DNA of 64,000 nt from Candidatus Multivorans sp. (GTDB lineage: Bacteria; Acidobacteriota; Thermoanaerobaculia; Multivoradales; Multivoraceae): NCBI GenBank assembly GCA_965224025.1, contig OZ245033.1:2976001-3040000 (forward strand), written 5' to 3'. The translations under genes and the position numbers were made by a program. Shown piece after piece: positions 21,386 to 30,518 of this stretch. Position 1 is the stretch's first letter. The number at the start of each line of letters is the position of its first letter. The notes below the pieces were generated by a model, which was given only the letters and a program-made list of their open reading frames with translations, did no database searches and had not been told where the DNA came from.

Positions 21386-21514
21386 CCGCTTGGAGAGAAT
21401 GAGTGAAGCTGCACGAAGGGCGTCCGCTACAGAGGGCGCCATGGAGGATCTGATCGATGACTGAAGCGGTGCGAAGAGGCGCGCGTACACACGGTGCCAT
21501 GGAGGCTCTGATCC

Positions 21515-22219
21515 ATGGCTGAGACCGTCGTCCAACTGCGGGACGTGACGAAGAACTACCGGCGTGACGCCTTCGAGCTGAAGGTGCTGCAGGGGATCAC
21601 TCTCGATGTCGAACAGGGCGACTTCGTTGCCCTGATGGGACCCTCGGGCTCAGGCAAGAGCACGCTGCTCAACCTGCTCGCGGGCATCGACCAGCCGAGC
21701 AGCGGCGAACTGGTCGTGGCCGGGCAACAGGTCAGCCGACTGGGCGAGAGCAAGCTCGCACTGTGGCGTCAGCGTCACATCGGCTTCATCTTCCAGTTCT
21801 ACAACCTGATTCCGGTGCTCACGGCGTACGAGAACGTGGAACTGCCGCTCACCCTGCGACGATCGTCGAGGGCGGCGCGCAGGAAGCGAGTCGAGACCGC
21901 GCTCTCCGTGGTCGGCTTGCAGAACCGAATGAAGCACTATCCGCGGCAGCTCTCCGGCGGCCAGGAGCAGCGGGTGGCGATCGCCCGCGCGATCGTCACC
22001 GACCCGACGCTGCTGCTCGCCGACGAGCCGACCGGCGATCTGGACGCCGAGTCCGGCCGGGAGGTGCTGGACCTGCTCGGTCAGTTGAACGAGCAGTTCA
22101 ACAAGACGATCCTGATGGTGACGCATGATCCGAACGCCGCGGCGAGGGCCAAGCGCCTGTTGCGACTGGACAAGGGCCGCCTGGTTTCGTCGGAGCAGGG
22201 AGGAGGAGCGGGAGCATGA
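21515..22219 (+). CDS. ABC transporter ATP-binding protein (MacB/LolD type)
   Basis: [33 protein letters not shown]. Confidence 0.95.
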   Translation: MAETVVQLRDVTKNYRRDAFELKVLQGITLDVEQGDFVALMGPSGSGKSTLLNLLAGIDQPSSGELVVAGQQVSRLGESKLALWRQRHIGFIFQFYNLIPVLTAYENVELPLTLRRSSRAARRKRVETALSVVGLQNRMKHYPRQLSGGQEQRVAIARAIVTDPTLLLADEPTGDLDAESGREVLDLLGQLNEQFNKTILMVTHDPNAAARAKRLLRLDKGRLVSSEQGGGAGA

Positions 22220-23361
22220 TCAAGCTGATTCGCCGCAACCTGCTGCGCAACAAGCGCCGCACCTTCCTGACCATGGCGAGTCTGGCGATGGCGCTGTTCA
22301 TCCTGTCGCTGCTGGGCGTCGTCAACGACGCGATGAGCTTCGCCGACGAGTCGGCGATCCCCGACCGGCTGGTCGTGCGCAACGCGATTTCGCTGACGTT
22401 CCCGTTGCCCGAGGCGTACGAGCAGCGGCTTCGAACGATCGACAACGTGGTGTCGGTGACACCCCAGAACTGGTTCCAGGGCGTCTACAAGGACCAGAGA
22501 CCCGAGAACTTCTTCCCGCGCTTCACGATCGATCCGGACACGTTCCGGAGTGTTTTCTACGACCTGGAGTGGGACGAGGAGGAGTGGGAGGCATTCGCGG
22601 CGCAGCGCACCGCCTTCGCGGCCGGCCGCGAGCTGACCGAGATCCAGGGGTGGTCGCTCGGCGACGTGATCACGATCAAGGGGGACATCTACCCGATCGA
22701 CGTGGAACTCCAGTTGCGCGCGATCTACGACTTCGACGAGCCGGGCCAGGAGCGGCAGATCTTCTTCCACCGGCGTTACGTCGAGGAGGCGATGGGCAAT
22801 CCCGGCCAGAACGGTACCTACTGGTTGCTGCTCGACGACCCGGAGGCCGCGCCCGCGGTCATTGCCGCAGCCGAGGCCATGTTCGAGAACTCGGACAACC
22901 AGGTGCGGGCGGAGACGGCAGAGGCGTTCGCGGCCTCGTTCACGGAGATGCTGGGCAACATCCAGTTCTTCTTCTCGATGATCGGGCTGGCGATCGTCAT
23001 CTCGATCTTCCTCATCACGGCGAACACGATGGCGATGGCGGCGCGCGAGCGGACCACCGAGGTTTCCGTGCTCCGTACCCTGGGCTTCCGGCGCAACCAG
23101 GTGCTCGGCATGGTGATCGGCGAGTCGCTGGCGGTAGGCGTGCTGGGCTCCGCGCTCGGCCTCGGCTTCACAGCGGTCGCCATTCAGGGTGCGACGCCGT
23201 TCCTGGAGCAAATGGGCTTCGGGTTTGGCGGGTTCGCACTCGACACTCAGGTCCTGGCGACCGCGGTCGCGATCGGTATCTCGGTAGGCCTGCTGAGCGG
23301 CGTCTTCCCGGCGGTCGCGGCGGCACGGCTCAAGATCGTCGACGGATTGAGGCGGCTGTGA
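22216..23361 (+). CDS. ABC transporter permease (MacB/FtsX family)
   Basis: RNLLRNKRRTFLT, RERTTEVSVLRTLGF; four-TM pattern. Confidence 0.9.
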   Translation: MIKLIRRNLLRNKRRTFLTMASLAMALFILSLLGVVNDAMSFADESAIPDRLVVRNAISLTFPLPEAYEQRLRTIDNVVSVTPQNWFQGVYKDQRPENFFPRFTIDPDTFRSVFYDLEWDEEEWEAFAAQRTAFAAGRELTEIQGWSLGDVITIKGDIYPIDVELQLRAIYDFDEPGQERQIFFHRRYVEEAMGNPGQNGTYWLLLDDPEAAPAVIAAAEAMFENSDNQVRAETAEAFAASFTEMLGNIQFFFSMIGLAIVISIFLITANTMAMAARERTTEVSVLRTLGFRRNQVLGMVIGESLAVGVLGSALGLGFTAVAIQGATPFLEQMGFGFGGFALDTQVLATAVAIGISVGLLSGVFPAVAAARLKIVDGLRRL

Positions 23362-23392
23362 CGATGGACGGCTGCGTGCGCAAGGAGACGGC

Positions 23393-24550
23393 ATGATCCC
23401 GATCAAGTACACCTACCGCAACTTGTTCGAGCGCCGAGGCGTGGCCTTCATGACACTGGCTTCGATCGGATTCGTCGTCCTCGTCTACATCGGCGTGCTC
23501 GCCCTCGCCGGCGGCCTGCGGGCCGCGTTCGCGGACACCGGGGACCCCTCGGTCGTCATCGTGATGCGGGACGGCACCCGCGCCGAGATGGAGAGTTCCT
23601 ACGCGCAGGAGAGCCACCGCCTCCTGACCGCGATGCCGGGCGTCGAGCGGACGGCCGGCGGCGACGTGGCGGCGTCCGGCGAGACGGTGACGATCCAGAT
23701 CTTCGAGCGGGTCGACGGTACCGAAACGAACGTGATGGTCCGTGGGGTGGAGCCCGGAGGGTTCGCCATCCGGCCTACTTTCGAGATCACGGAGGGCCGG
23801 CGCTTCGAGCCCGGCCGAGGTGAGATCATCGTCGGCCGCAGCCTGGCCGGCCGGCTTGGCCTGCGGGTCGGCGACGAGCGCGAGTTGGGGCGGAACACGT
23901 TCCGGGTCGTCGGCCTGTTCACCGGCGTGGGCGCCCACGGTTCCGAGATCTGGGGCGACTACCGCGACCTGGGCGACTCGTTCCGCCGCAGTGGCTACTA
24001 CTCCTCGACCCGGCTCCAGGCGGCGTCGCCGGCGGCCGCCCGGGACCTGATCGAGACGGTCAAGGCCGAGCAGCGGCTCCAGGTGCAGGCCCTTTCGGAA
24101 CCCGAGTACTACGAGCTCCAGTCGGAAACGTCATCGGGCCAGTTCATCATCCTCGGCAACGTGCTGGCCGTGCTGATGGCGGTCGGCGCCTGCTTCGCCG
24201 CCGCGAACACGATGTACGCTCAGGTCGCCGCGCGCGCCCGCGAGATCGGCACCCTGCGCGCCCTCGGTTTCAAGCGGCGCTCGATCATGGGCAGCTTCTT
24301 CCTGGAAGCGGTGCTGCTCGGAGTGGTCGCCGGCGGTTTCGGTGCCCTGCTGTCGCTGCCGCTCAACGCGATCCAGACCGGCACGATGAACCAGGTCACG
24401 TTCAGCGAGATCACGTTCCAGTTGCGAACGACGCCGTTCGCCCTCTTTTCGGGCATCTTCCTGGCCACCGTGACCGGCGTCCTCGGCGGCCTGCTGCCGG
24501 CCTTCGGCGCCTCGCGCCAGAAGATCACGGACCTCCTGCGAGAGGCGTAG
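23393..24550 (+). CDS. ABC transporter permease (MacB/FtsX family)
   Basis: ARAREIGTLRALGF; FtsX-type C-terminus. Confidence 0.9.
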   Translation: MIPIKYTYRNLFERRGVAFMTLASIGFVVLVYIGVLALAGGLRAAFADTGDPSVVIVMRDGTRAEMESSYAQESHRLLTAMPGVERTAGGDVAASGETVTIQIFERVDGTETNVMVRGVEPGGFAIRPTFEITEGRRFEPGRGEIIVGRSLAGRLGLRVGDERELGRNTFRVVGLFTGVGAHGSEIWGDYRDLGDSFRRSGYYSSTRLQAASPAAARDLIETVKAEQRLQVQALSEPEYYELQSETSSGQFIILGNVLAVLMAVGACFAAANTMYAQVAARAREIGTLRALGFKRRSIMGSFFLEAVLLGVVAGGFGALLSLPLNAIQTGTMNQVTFSEITFQLRTTPFALFSGIFLATVTGVLGGLLPAFGASRQKITDLLREA

Positions 24551-24572
24551 GGGGGCGCCCGCCCCCCTCAGC

Positions 24573-24778
24573 GGAGCCGGCCTTCGGCCGGCGCGTTTCC
24601 TGGCCGCCTTCGGCGGCAGCGGACCAGAAGGTCCGCGCACCCAGAGAACGGGAGGAGATTCCGCGGGACGCTTTGCTGCAGTCTGGGAAGGCTCGCAGCG
24701 GCGTCATGTCATTTGCATGTAGAGAACCTCGCCACACCGGGGTGGTTCTCTGGGTGCGCGGACCCTCTGGTCCGCTGC
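24573..24778. repeat. REP-like family B cluster (inverted pair)
   Basis: 72-bp unit 24573-24644 with CTTCGG tetraloop hairpins matches 39701-39772; CTGGGTGCGCGGACCCTCTGGTCCGC occurs in opposite orientation at 24750-24775. Confidence 0.85.
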
Positions 24779-24954
24779 CGGGCGCCGCCACGAAGCGGCG
24801 GGCGATACACCGCGTGTAGTCTCTTTAGATGCCCATCAGCTCCGCGCTCAAGCGGTGCTCCGGCCAGCCACGGCCGGCCTCTCGCCACCTCTGCTCAACG
24901 CTCGTCGCAGTGGCTCTCGTGCTTGCAGGATGCGCCGACGCACCCGCGCCTCCA

Positions 24955-26931
24955 CTAGCCCGAAGTTCTGAGCTTCAAGTCGTGAAATCGCCTGTAGTGG
25001 TGGGCGTTTTCAGTTGTTCGGCGGTGTCTTGTACTGGGTACGTCGGCTTCAGGGGCGGATGCCGAGTAGTTTGAAGGCTTCGTTCTGGAGTGGAGTGGGC
25101 CGTGCGAGGACGTCGGCTGTGGAGTCGGCGTCGCCGTGCATCCGCACCCGGTTTCGGGTCAGCGTGGCCAGGTCGGCGAGCAAGGTCTGGAAGCTGTGGA
25201 CGGGGAGTCCGTCGGGGGTCCTCCGGGAGTTGGCCTTGGCCATCGCCTCGGGCGACCTGCGCGCGGGATCGACGGGCGACTCGCGTTGGCCGTCGCGGCG
25301 TTGGTCGTCGAAGAGGATGGGCGCCAGGGTCCGGCGCATGTGCCACTCGACGTAGTAGGCGAGCATGCAGAGGAAGACGTGGGCGCGCACCCTCGAGGCC
25401 AGGCGATGGTGGACGGGGCGCACCTTGAGGTCGACGCTCTTGAAGGAGCGGAAGGCGCGTTCGACGCGGCTGAGGCTCTTGTAGGCGCGGACCGCATCGG
25501 CTGCCGGCAGTTCGTTTTCGGGGACGTTGGTGCGGATGACGTAGAAGCCGTCGAGAGCGGCTTCCTCGGCGATGCGCGCCTCGTTGCGGCGGTATTGGAA
25601 GCCGTCCTCTTCGATCTCGACCTCGAAGTGCTTGCCGACCTTGTAGGCGCCCCGGGCGCGGTCCGCGCGCACGGCGATGGCGTCCTTGCCGCGCAGGGGG
25701 TTCTTCTTGCGCCGCGTCGCCGCAACGACGGCGTCGAGCTTGCGCTCGGTGGATTCGAGAAGCTCCTGGCGCTTGCGGCCGCGTTCCTCCGCCAGAAGCG
25801 GGTTCCGGCACACCACGAGGCGCTCCTTCGGGTACAGCTCCGGAACCCTGATCTCGGCCATCTTCCGCTGGTCGAAGAGCGACAGTTGCAGGTGGCCTTC
25901 CTGGGCCAGCGTCCTGATCGCCGGCGCGCGCAGGGCGCTGATCCAGGACAGGCCCGCGGGGTCGAGGTCCTCGCGGATGCGCGCGTCGGTGATCAGGCCC
26001 CGGTCTGAGACCATCACGATCCTCTCCAGCGAGAAGCGGTCGCGGAGCTTCTGCACCTGGGCGTTCAGGGTCGTCGGATCGGCCGTGTTGCCCTCGAATA
26101 CCTCGACCGCGACCGGGCATCCGTCCCGGCTGCAGAGCAGGCCGAAGACGATCTGGACCTTGCCTCTCTTCTTGTCCCTGGAGTAGCCGTGCCTGGCCAG
26201 CGTGCACTTCCTGCCCTCAAAGTAGACCGAGGTCACGTCGCAGAGCACCAGCGAGCCGTCTTCCAGATGCCGCCGGGCAAGAGTCCGCTCGATGCGCGGC
26301 TGTCTTTCGAGCAGCCAGTCCATGGCGCCGTAGAGTTCGTCGGCCGAGGCCTCCTGCACGCCGAGTTCCTCGCCGAGGGTGTGGCTCATGGTCTCGCTTG
26401 CGAGTCCGCGGGCGGTGGCGAGCTTGGATCGCGGCTCGAGGATGCGGGCCGCGATCATGGCCAGCGCCAGCGCCCGCTCGCGCGAGGGCCGTCGATCGAG
26501 GAGCCGTTCGAGGCCGAGGCTTCGGGCCGCGCCGAGGACGGCGGCGACGTGGCCGTGCGGTCTGGCGCGCAGGATCTCGAAGGCGGCCTCGAGCGAAGGC
26601 AGGGCGACTCCTCCCTTGAGCAGGGTTCTGAGTCCTTCGACGAGTTGATCGGGCCACTTGGAGAGGTTGGCGAGAGTGCGTTTCTTGACCTTTCCGTCCT
26701 GTCGGTGGGACTCTCTCAGCAGGACGGCTGGTGGTGAGTTTCGGTTGGGTACCCGTTCGATGTACATGGCTTCTCATTGTAGACGAAACCATTCAGAATG
26801 TCTACATGCCACGAGATCATTACATGGCTACCAATGGCGGAAAACAGGGGCGGCCCAACACCCGAAAACCCAAGCACTGCAACGCCTCTCGACGACGAGG
26901 AGGCCCCAGGAGCCTCAGAACTTCGGACTAG
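24955..26931 (-). mobile_element. IS1634-family insertion sequence with CTAG target duplication
   Basis: CTAG-cCCGAAGTTCTGAG at left and CTCAGAACTTCGGa-CTAG at right; single transposase inside. Confidence 0.92.
25049..26767 (-). CDS. IS1634-family DDE transposase
   Basis: LLRESHRQDGKVKKRTLANLS, DVTSVYFEG, GYSRD, DRG, YKSLSRVERAFR, RVRAHVFLCMLAY. Confidence 0.93.
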   Translation of the reverse strand: MYIERVPNRNSPPAVLLRESHRQDGKVKKRTLANLSKWPDQLVEGLRTLLKGGVALPSLEAAFEILRARPHGHVAAVLGAARSLGLERLLDRRPSRERALALAMIAARILEPRSKLATARGLASETMSHTLGEELGVQEASADELYGAMDWLLERQPRIERTLARRHLEDGSLVLCDVTSVYFEGRKCTLARHGYSRDKKRGKVQIVFGLLCSRDGCPVAVEVFEGNTADPTTLNAQVQKLRDRFSLERIVMVSDRGLITDARIREDLDPAGLSWISALRAPAIRTLAQEGHLQLSLFDQRKMAEIRVPELYPKERLVVCRNPLLAEERGRKRQELLESTERKLDAVVAATRRKKNPLRGKDAIAVRADRARGAYKVGKHFEVEIEEDGFQYRRNEARIAEEAALDGFYVIRTNVPENELPAADAVRAYKSLSRVERAFRSFKSVDLKVRPVHHRLASRVRAHVFLCMLAYYVEWHMRRTLAPILFDDQRRDGQRESPVDPARRSPEAMAKANSRRTPDGLPVHSFQTLLADLATLTRNRVRMHGDADSTADVLARPTPLQNEAFKLLGIRP

Positions 26932-28824
26932 AGCCGCCCCTCCCCAACATCGTCCTCATCGTCCCCGACGACCTCGGCCGCCACGACGTGAGCTTCCACG
27001 GCGGCGAGATCGCGACGCCGAACATCGACCGCATCGCGGCCGAGGGAGTGCTGATCGAGCGCTTCTACAGTGCGCCCGTCTGCTCGCCGACCCGGGCTGG
27101 CCTGATGACCGGCCGCTATCCGATCCGTTTCGGGCTGATGCGGGCGGTGATCGCGCCCTGGCGGGACTACGGTCTCGACACGTCGGAGGTCGCCCTGCCG
27201 GAAGTGTTGGCCCGTGCCGGTTACGAACACCGCGGCATCTTCGGCAAGTGGCACCTGGGCCACTTCGACCGCAAGTACCACCCGCTGCGCCGGGGCTTCA
27301 CGGAGTTCGTGGGCCACAACACGGCGGTCGACTACTTCACGAAGGAGCGGGAGGGCGAGCGGGACTGGAGCCACGACTACGAGTCGGTGGACGAGGAGGG
27401 GTACGTCACGGACCTGCTGACCGAGCACGCGGTGGGGTTCATCGATCGCCATGCCGGCAGTGAGGCGCCGTTCTTCCTCTACGTCCCGTTCAGCGCTCCG
27501 CATTATGAGGACCTGGACGCGCTCGAGCCGCCGCGCGGCTGGGAGGAATCGACGGCTGGCCGGCCGCTTGCCGCCGATGACCGGCGGCGCGACGGCAGCC
27601 GCATTCACGCCGCGATGGTCCACGCGCTAGATCAGTGCGTCGGCCGCGTCCTCGACGCGCTCGACGATCACGGAATCGCCGACAACACGCTCGTGCTCTT
27701 CTTCAGCGACAACGGCGGCTCCGTCGGCATCGGTGACACCGGCCCGTACCGGGGCGCCAAGGGCAGCGTCTTCGAAGGAGGCACCCGGGTCGCGGCTGCG
27801 GCGCGCTGGCCGGCGGGGAACATCTCGGGTGGCGGCCGGATCGAGGCGCCGGTGTCGTACATCGACGTGCTACCGACGCTGATGGGCATTGCCGGCCTCG
27901 ACGATCACGGCGGTAAGCCGTTGGACGGCCGGGATGTTGGTGACGTGCTGACGGGAGAGGCCGAGGCCGGACCGGAGCGCGATCTCTACTCCTTCATCGC
28001 CCAGCTCGACCCGGAGCGCGAGCAGGTCTCGGTGACGGAGGCCGAGTGGAAGCTCGTTGTGGTCGGGCCGCCGCTGGTTCGTGAGGGCGCGGTGGACGCG
28101 TCGCGGACGATGCTGTTCCGGCTTGCAGGGGATCCTCTGGAAGAACTGGACGTGGCGGCTGACCATCCCGATCTGGTGGCTCGGCTGGTCGAGAAGGCGG
28201 CCGACTTCCGGGCATTGCAGCCGCCGAATCCGGTGGCGCCGTTCTTCGCAGGCCGCGACGACTACCTGGTCTGGCACTACCACGAGAAGGGTAAGCGGTA
28301 CGCCGATCCGCTGCTGTGGGGTCCTGGCGGGGAGGGCGGGACCCACGAGGGGCAGTACGGCCCCGATCTGTTTGTGGACTTCCTGCTCGACCGGATCGAG
28401 CGGAGGGACGACGCCGGAGAAGCAGTGCCGGTCGAGCGGACGTGGGTGCACGGGTTCATCATCTACACGGCGTCCGGGCACATGGCCGTTCACCTGGTGC
28501 GGCCTGACCGCCAGGCCTTCGCCGGCCCTCGCCCGACCGCCGAGGAGGCGGCCTCCGCGATGCGGACGTACATCAGCTACTTCGGGCCGTACACGATCCA
28601 CGCGGACGACGGCTACATCGTTCACCACCGGTCCGGCTGCTGGTTCCCGAATTGCATGGACACGGATGCTCAGCGCTTCTACGAGTTCGGAGAGCGAACG
28701 CTGACGCTCCAGCCTCCGGCTCGGGAGGTGGATGGGAACATGGTTCAGGACTCGTTCGTGTGGGAGCAGATCGGGGAGTAGCGGCGGTCATTGCGCTTGG
28801 CCCGGACCAAACTGGCGCACGGCG

Positions 28825-28856
28825 CCGGATGCGGGCAGGATGCCCGCGTTCCCAGG
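28825..28856 (-). repeat. REP-like palindrome family A
   Basis: CCGGATGCGGGCAGGATGCCCGCGTTCCCAGG between convergent genes. Confidence 0.7.
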
Positions 28857-28889
28857 ACCGGAGGGAACGCCGTCTAGCGGTAGTAGTCG

Positions 28890-29978
28890 CTACGCGGTCT
28901 TCGCGATCTTCCGGCGCAGCCAGTCGATCAGCACGCGGTTCGTCTCCTCCGGCTTCTCCTGCGGCGTCCAGTGGCCGCAGTCCGCGACCGTGTACTTCTC
29001 GAAGTCGTCGATGAAGTCCTCCATGCCGTCGGCGGAGGAGGGTCGCAGGATGACGTCGTTCTCGGCGCCGATGTAGAGGCACGGCACTTCGATCTCCCAC
29101 TTCGCGTTTTCGATCTCCGGGAAGGGACGGCCGGCCATGCGGTACCAGTTCAGGCCGCCGGTGAAGCCGGTGATCTCGAAGGTCTCGGTGAAGTAGTCCA
29201 GCGCCTCCTCCGACAGGAACACCTCGCCGGGGTAGTCCTCGCGGTCGAGCATCCGGAGCAGGTCCATCTGCCGTTCCGGGGAGTCCGCCGGCATCGCCTT
29301 GAACGCCTCGACGTCCCAGATGTAGCCGCGACGGAGAAGCATCTCGAAGGACTTGCGCACGTCGGCGGATAGTGCCTTCTCCGCCCGGCCGGGCTCCTGG
29401 AACTGGACCGTGTAGTAGTTCTCGGACCGGACGATGAGCGGTTCCTCGGAAGGCTCCGGGCGGGCCATTCCCGGCGGCCGCCCGCCAGGCGTGTTCACGC
29501 CGACGATGCCGAGGCAGCGGTCCGGGTGCAGCCGCGCCATCATCCACACGACGCCGCCGCCCCAGTCGTGGCCGACGAAGACGGCCTTGTCGATCTTGAG
29601 CGCGTCGAGCATGCCGGCCATGTCGTCGCACAGGTGCCTGAGGCTGTAGCCGTCTACGTCGTCCGGCCGGTCGGTCAGACCGTAGCCGCGCTGATCGGGG
29701 GCGATGGCTCGGAACCCGGCCTCTGCGAGCGCGGGGAGCTGGAAGCGCCAGGAGAAGGCGAGTTCGGGGAACCCGTGGCAGAGCACGACGGGGACGCCCG
29801 ATCCCTGCTCGTAGACGGCCATGCGGATGCCGTTCGTCTCGACGAAGCGGGGTGACGGCATGCCGGGCGCCGGTCGGACCTCGGCGCCAAGGGACATTCG
29901 GGGCAGGGCCAGCGCGCCGGCCAAACCGGTTGTCGTTTGTAGAAAGCTGCGGCGGGAGATAGTAGGGAATCGGATCAT
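28890..29978 (-). CDS. Epoxide hydrolase-type alpha/beta hydrolase with Tat signal
   Basis: SRRSFLQ twin-arginine motif; HGFPE, GHDWGG, LNWYR, GHWTPQE. Confidence 0.88.
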   Translation of the reverse strand: MIRFPTISRRSFLQTTTGLAGALALPRMSLGAEVRPAPGMPSPRFVETNGIRMAVYEQGSGVPVVLCHGFPELAFSWRFQLPALAEAGFRAIAPDQRGYGLTDRPDDVDGYSLRHLCDDMAGMLDALKIDKAVFVGHDWGGGVVWMMARLHPDRCLGIVGVNTPGGRPPGMARPEPSEEPLIVRSENYYTVQFQEPGRAEKALSADVRKSFEMLLRRGYIWDVEAFKAMPADSPERQMDLLRMLDREDYPGEVFLSEEALDYFTETFEITGFTGGLNWYRMAGRPFPEIENAKWEIEVPCLYIGAENDVILRPSSADGMEDFIDDFEKYTVADCGHWTPQEKPEETNRVLIDWLRRKIAKTA

Positions 29979-30073
29979 CGGGCCTCCGGCACTGGCTTGG
30001 GGACGGGCTGGGTTGGAGCGGACTGCCGGAGTATTTCAGGCTGCGGAGGGGTTGCGGGTGTAGAGTGATATCG

Positions 30074-30439
30074 ATGCACAGCGCTTTCCGGCTCATCTCG
30101 GCGTTCCTGGCACTGGCGGTCCTGGCCGCCCCGGTGGTTGGAATGTGCGTCTCGTTCGCCGCACCGGACGCCCCGTGCGAGATGCTGCAAGCGCCCGAGA
30201 TGGCGTCCTGCGGCCACGGCGAGATGGTGATGTCGGGGTGTTGCAGCGTCGAGTCGGCGGCGCCGTCTGCGGACGCGATCCTGTCCGGCTCTGCCGGCGA
30301 CATCGATCCGCCCGCACTCAGCCAGGGCGGGTTCGACGCGTTCGCCGCCGGTGGAAACGGGGCCGCGGTCCTCGCCTGCGACGCTGATCCGCCGCCGACC
30401 GTTCCGCGCTACACGCTCTTCTCGGCGCTGTTGCTCTGA
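30074..30439 (+). CDS. Small Cys/Met-rich exported protein with C-terminal PPP (DUF2946-like candidate leader)
   Basis: N-terminal hydrophobic helix; C..CEM..MASCGH.EMVMSGCC; ends CDADPPPTVPRYTLFSALLL; TAGAGT -10-like box 7 nt upstream. Confidence 0.7.
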   Translation: MHSAFRLISAFLALAVLAAPVVGMCVSFAAPDAPCEMLQAPEMASCGHGEMVMSGCCSVESAAPSADAILSGSAGDIDPPALSQGGFDAFAAGGNGAAVLACDADPPPTVPRYTLFSALLL

Positions 30440-30512
30440 TCCTCCGCTGAAGCGAGTCAAGCGGTCGTCTTCCGAGGGAAGGTGGCCGCAGGAAACACGT
30501 TTCTGCGGAGGA
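30440..30512 (+). promoter_or_regulatory. Anti-Shine-Dalgarno stem occluding the cusC RBS
   Basis: 30440-30457 pairs with 30495-30512 at 16 of 18 positions (one G-U), including TCCTCCGC/GCGGAGGA. Confidence 0.6.
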
Positions 30513-30518
30513 GTTCAG

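Larger units (their letters stand above)
24829..28781 (+). pseudogene. Lipoprotein arylsulfatase interrupted by IS1634 and C-terminally fused to fragments of other genes
   Basis: Signal with LAGC lipobox (24829-24958) rejoins EPPLPNIVLIVPDDLG in frame once the IS and one CTAG are removed; CSPTR, GKWHLG, SDNG, KGSVFEGG. Confidence 0.85.

Noticed and set aside
26658-26931. 707-aa ORF as a native full-length sulfatase
   Set aside because: Its first ~90 codons are IS1634 sequence; the real N-terminus is at 24829
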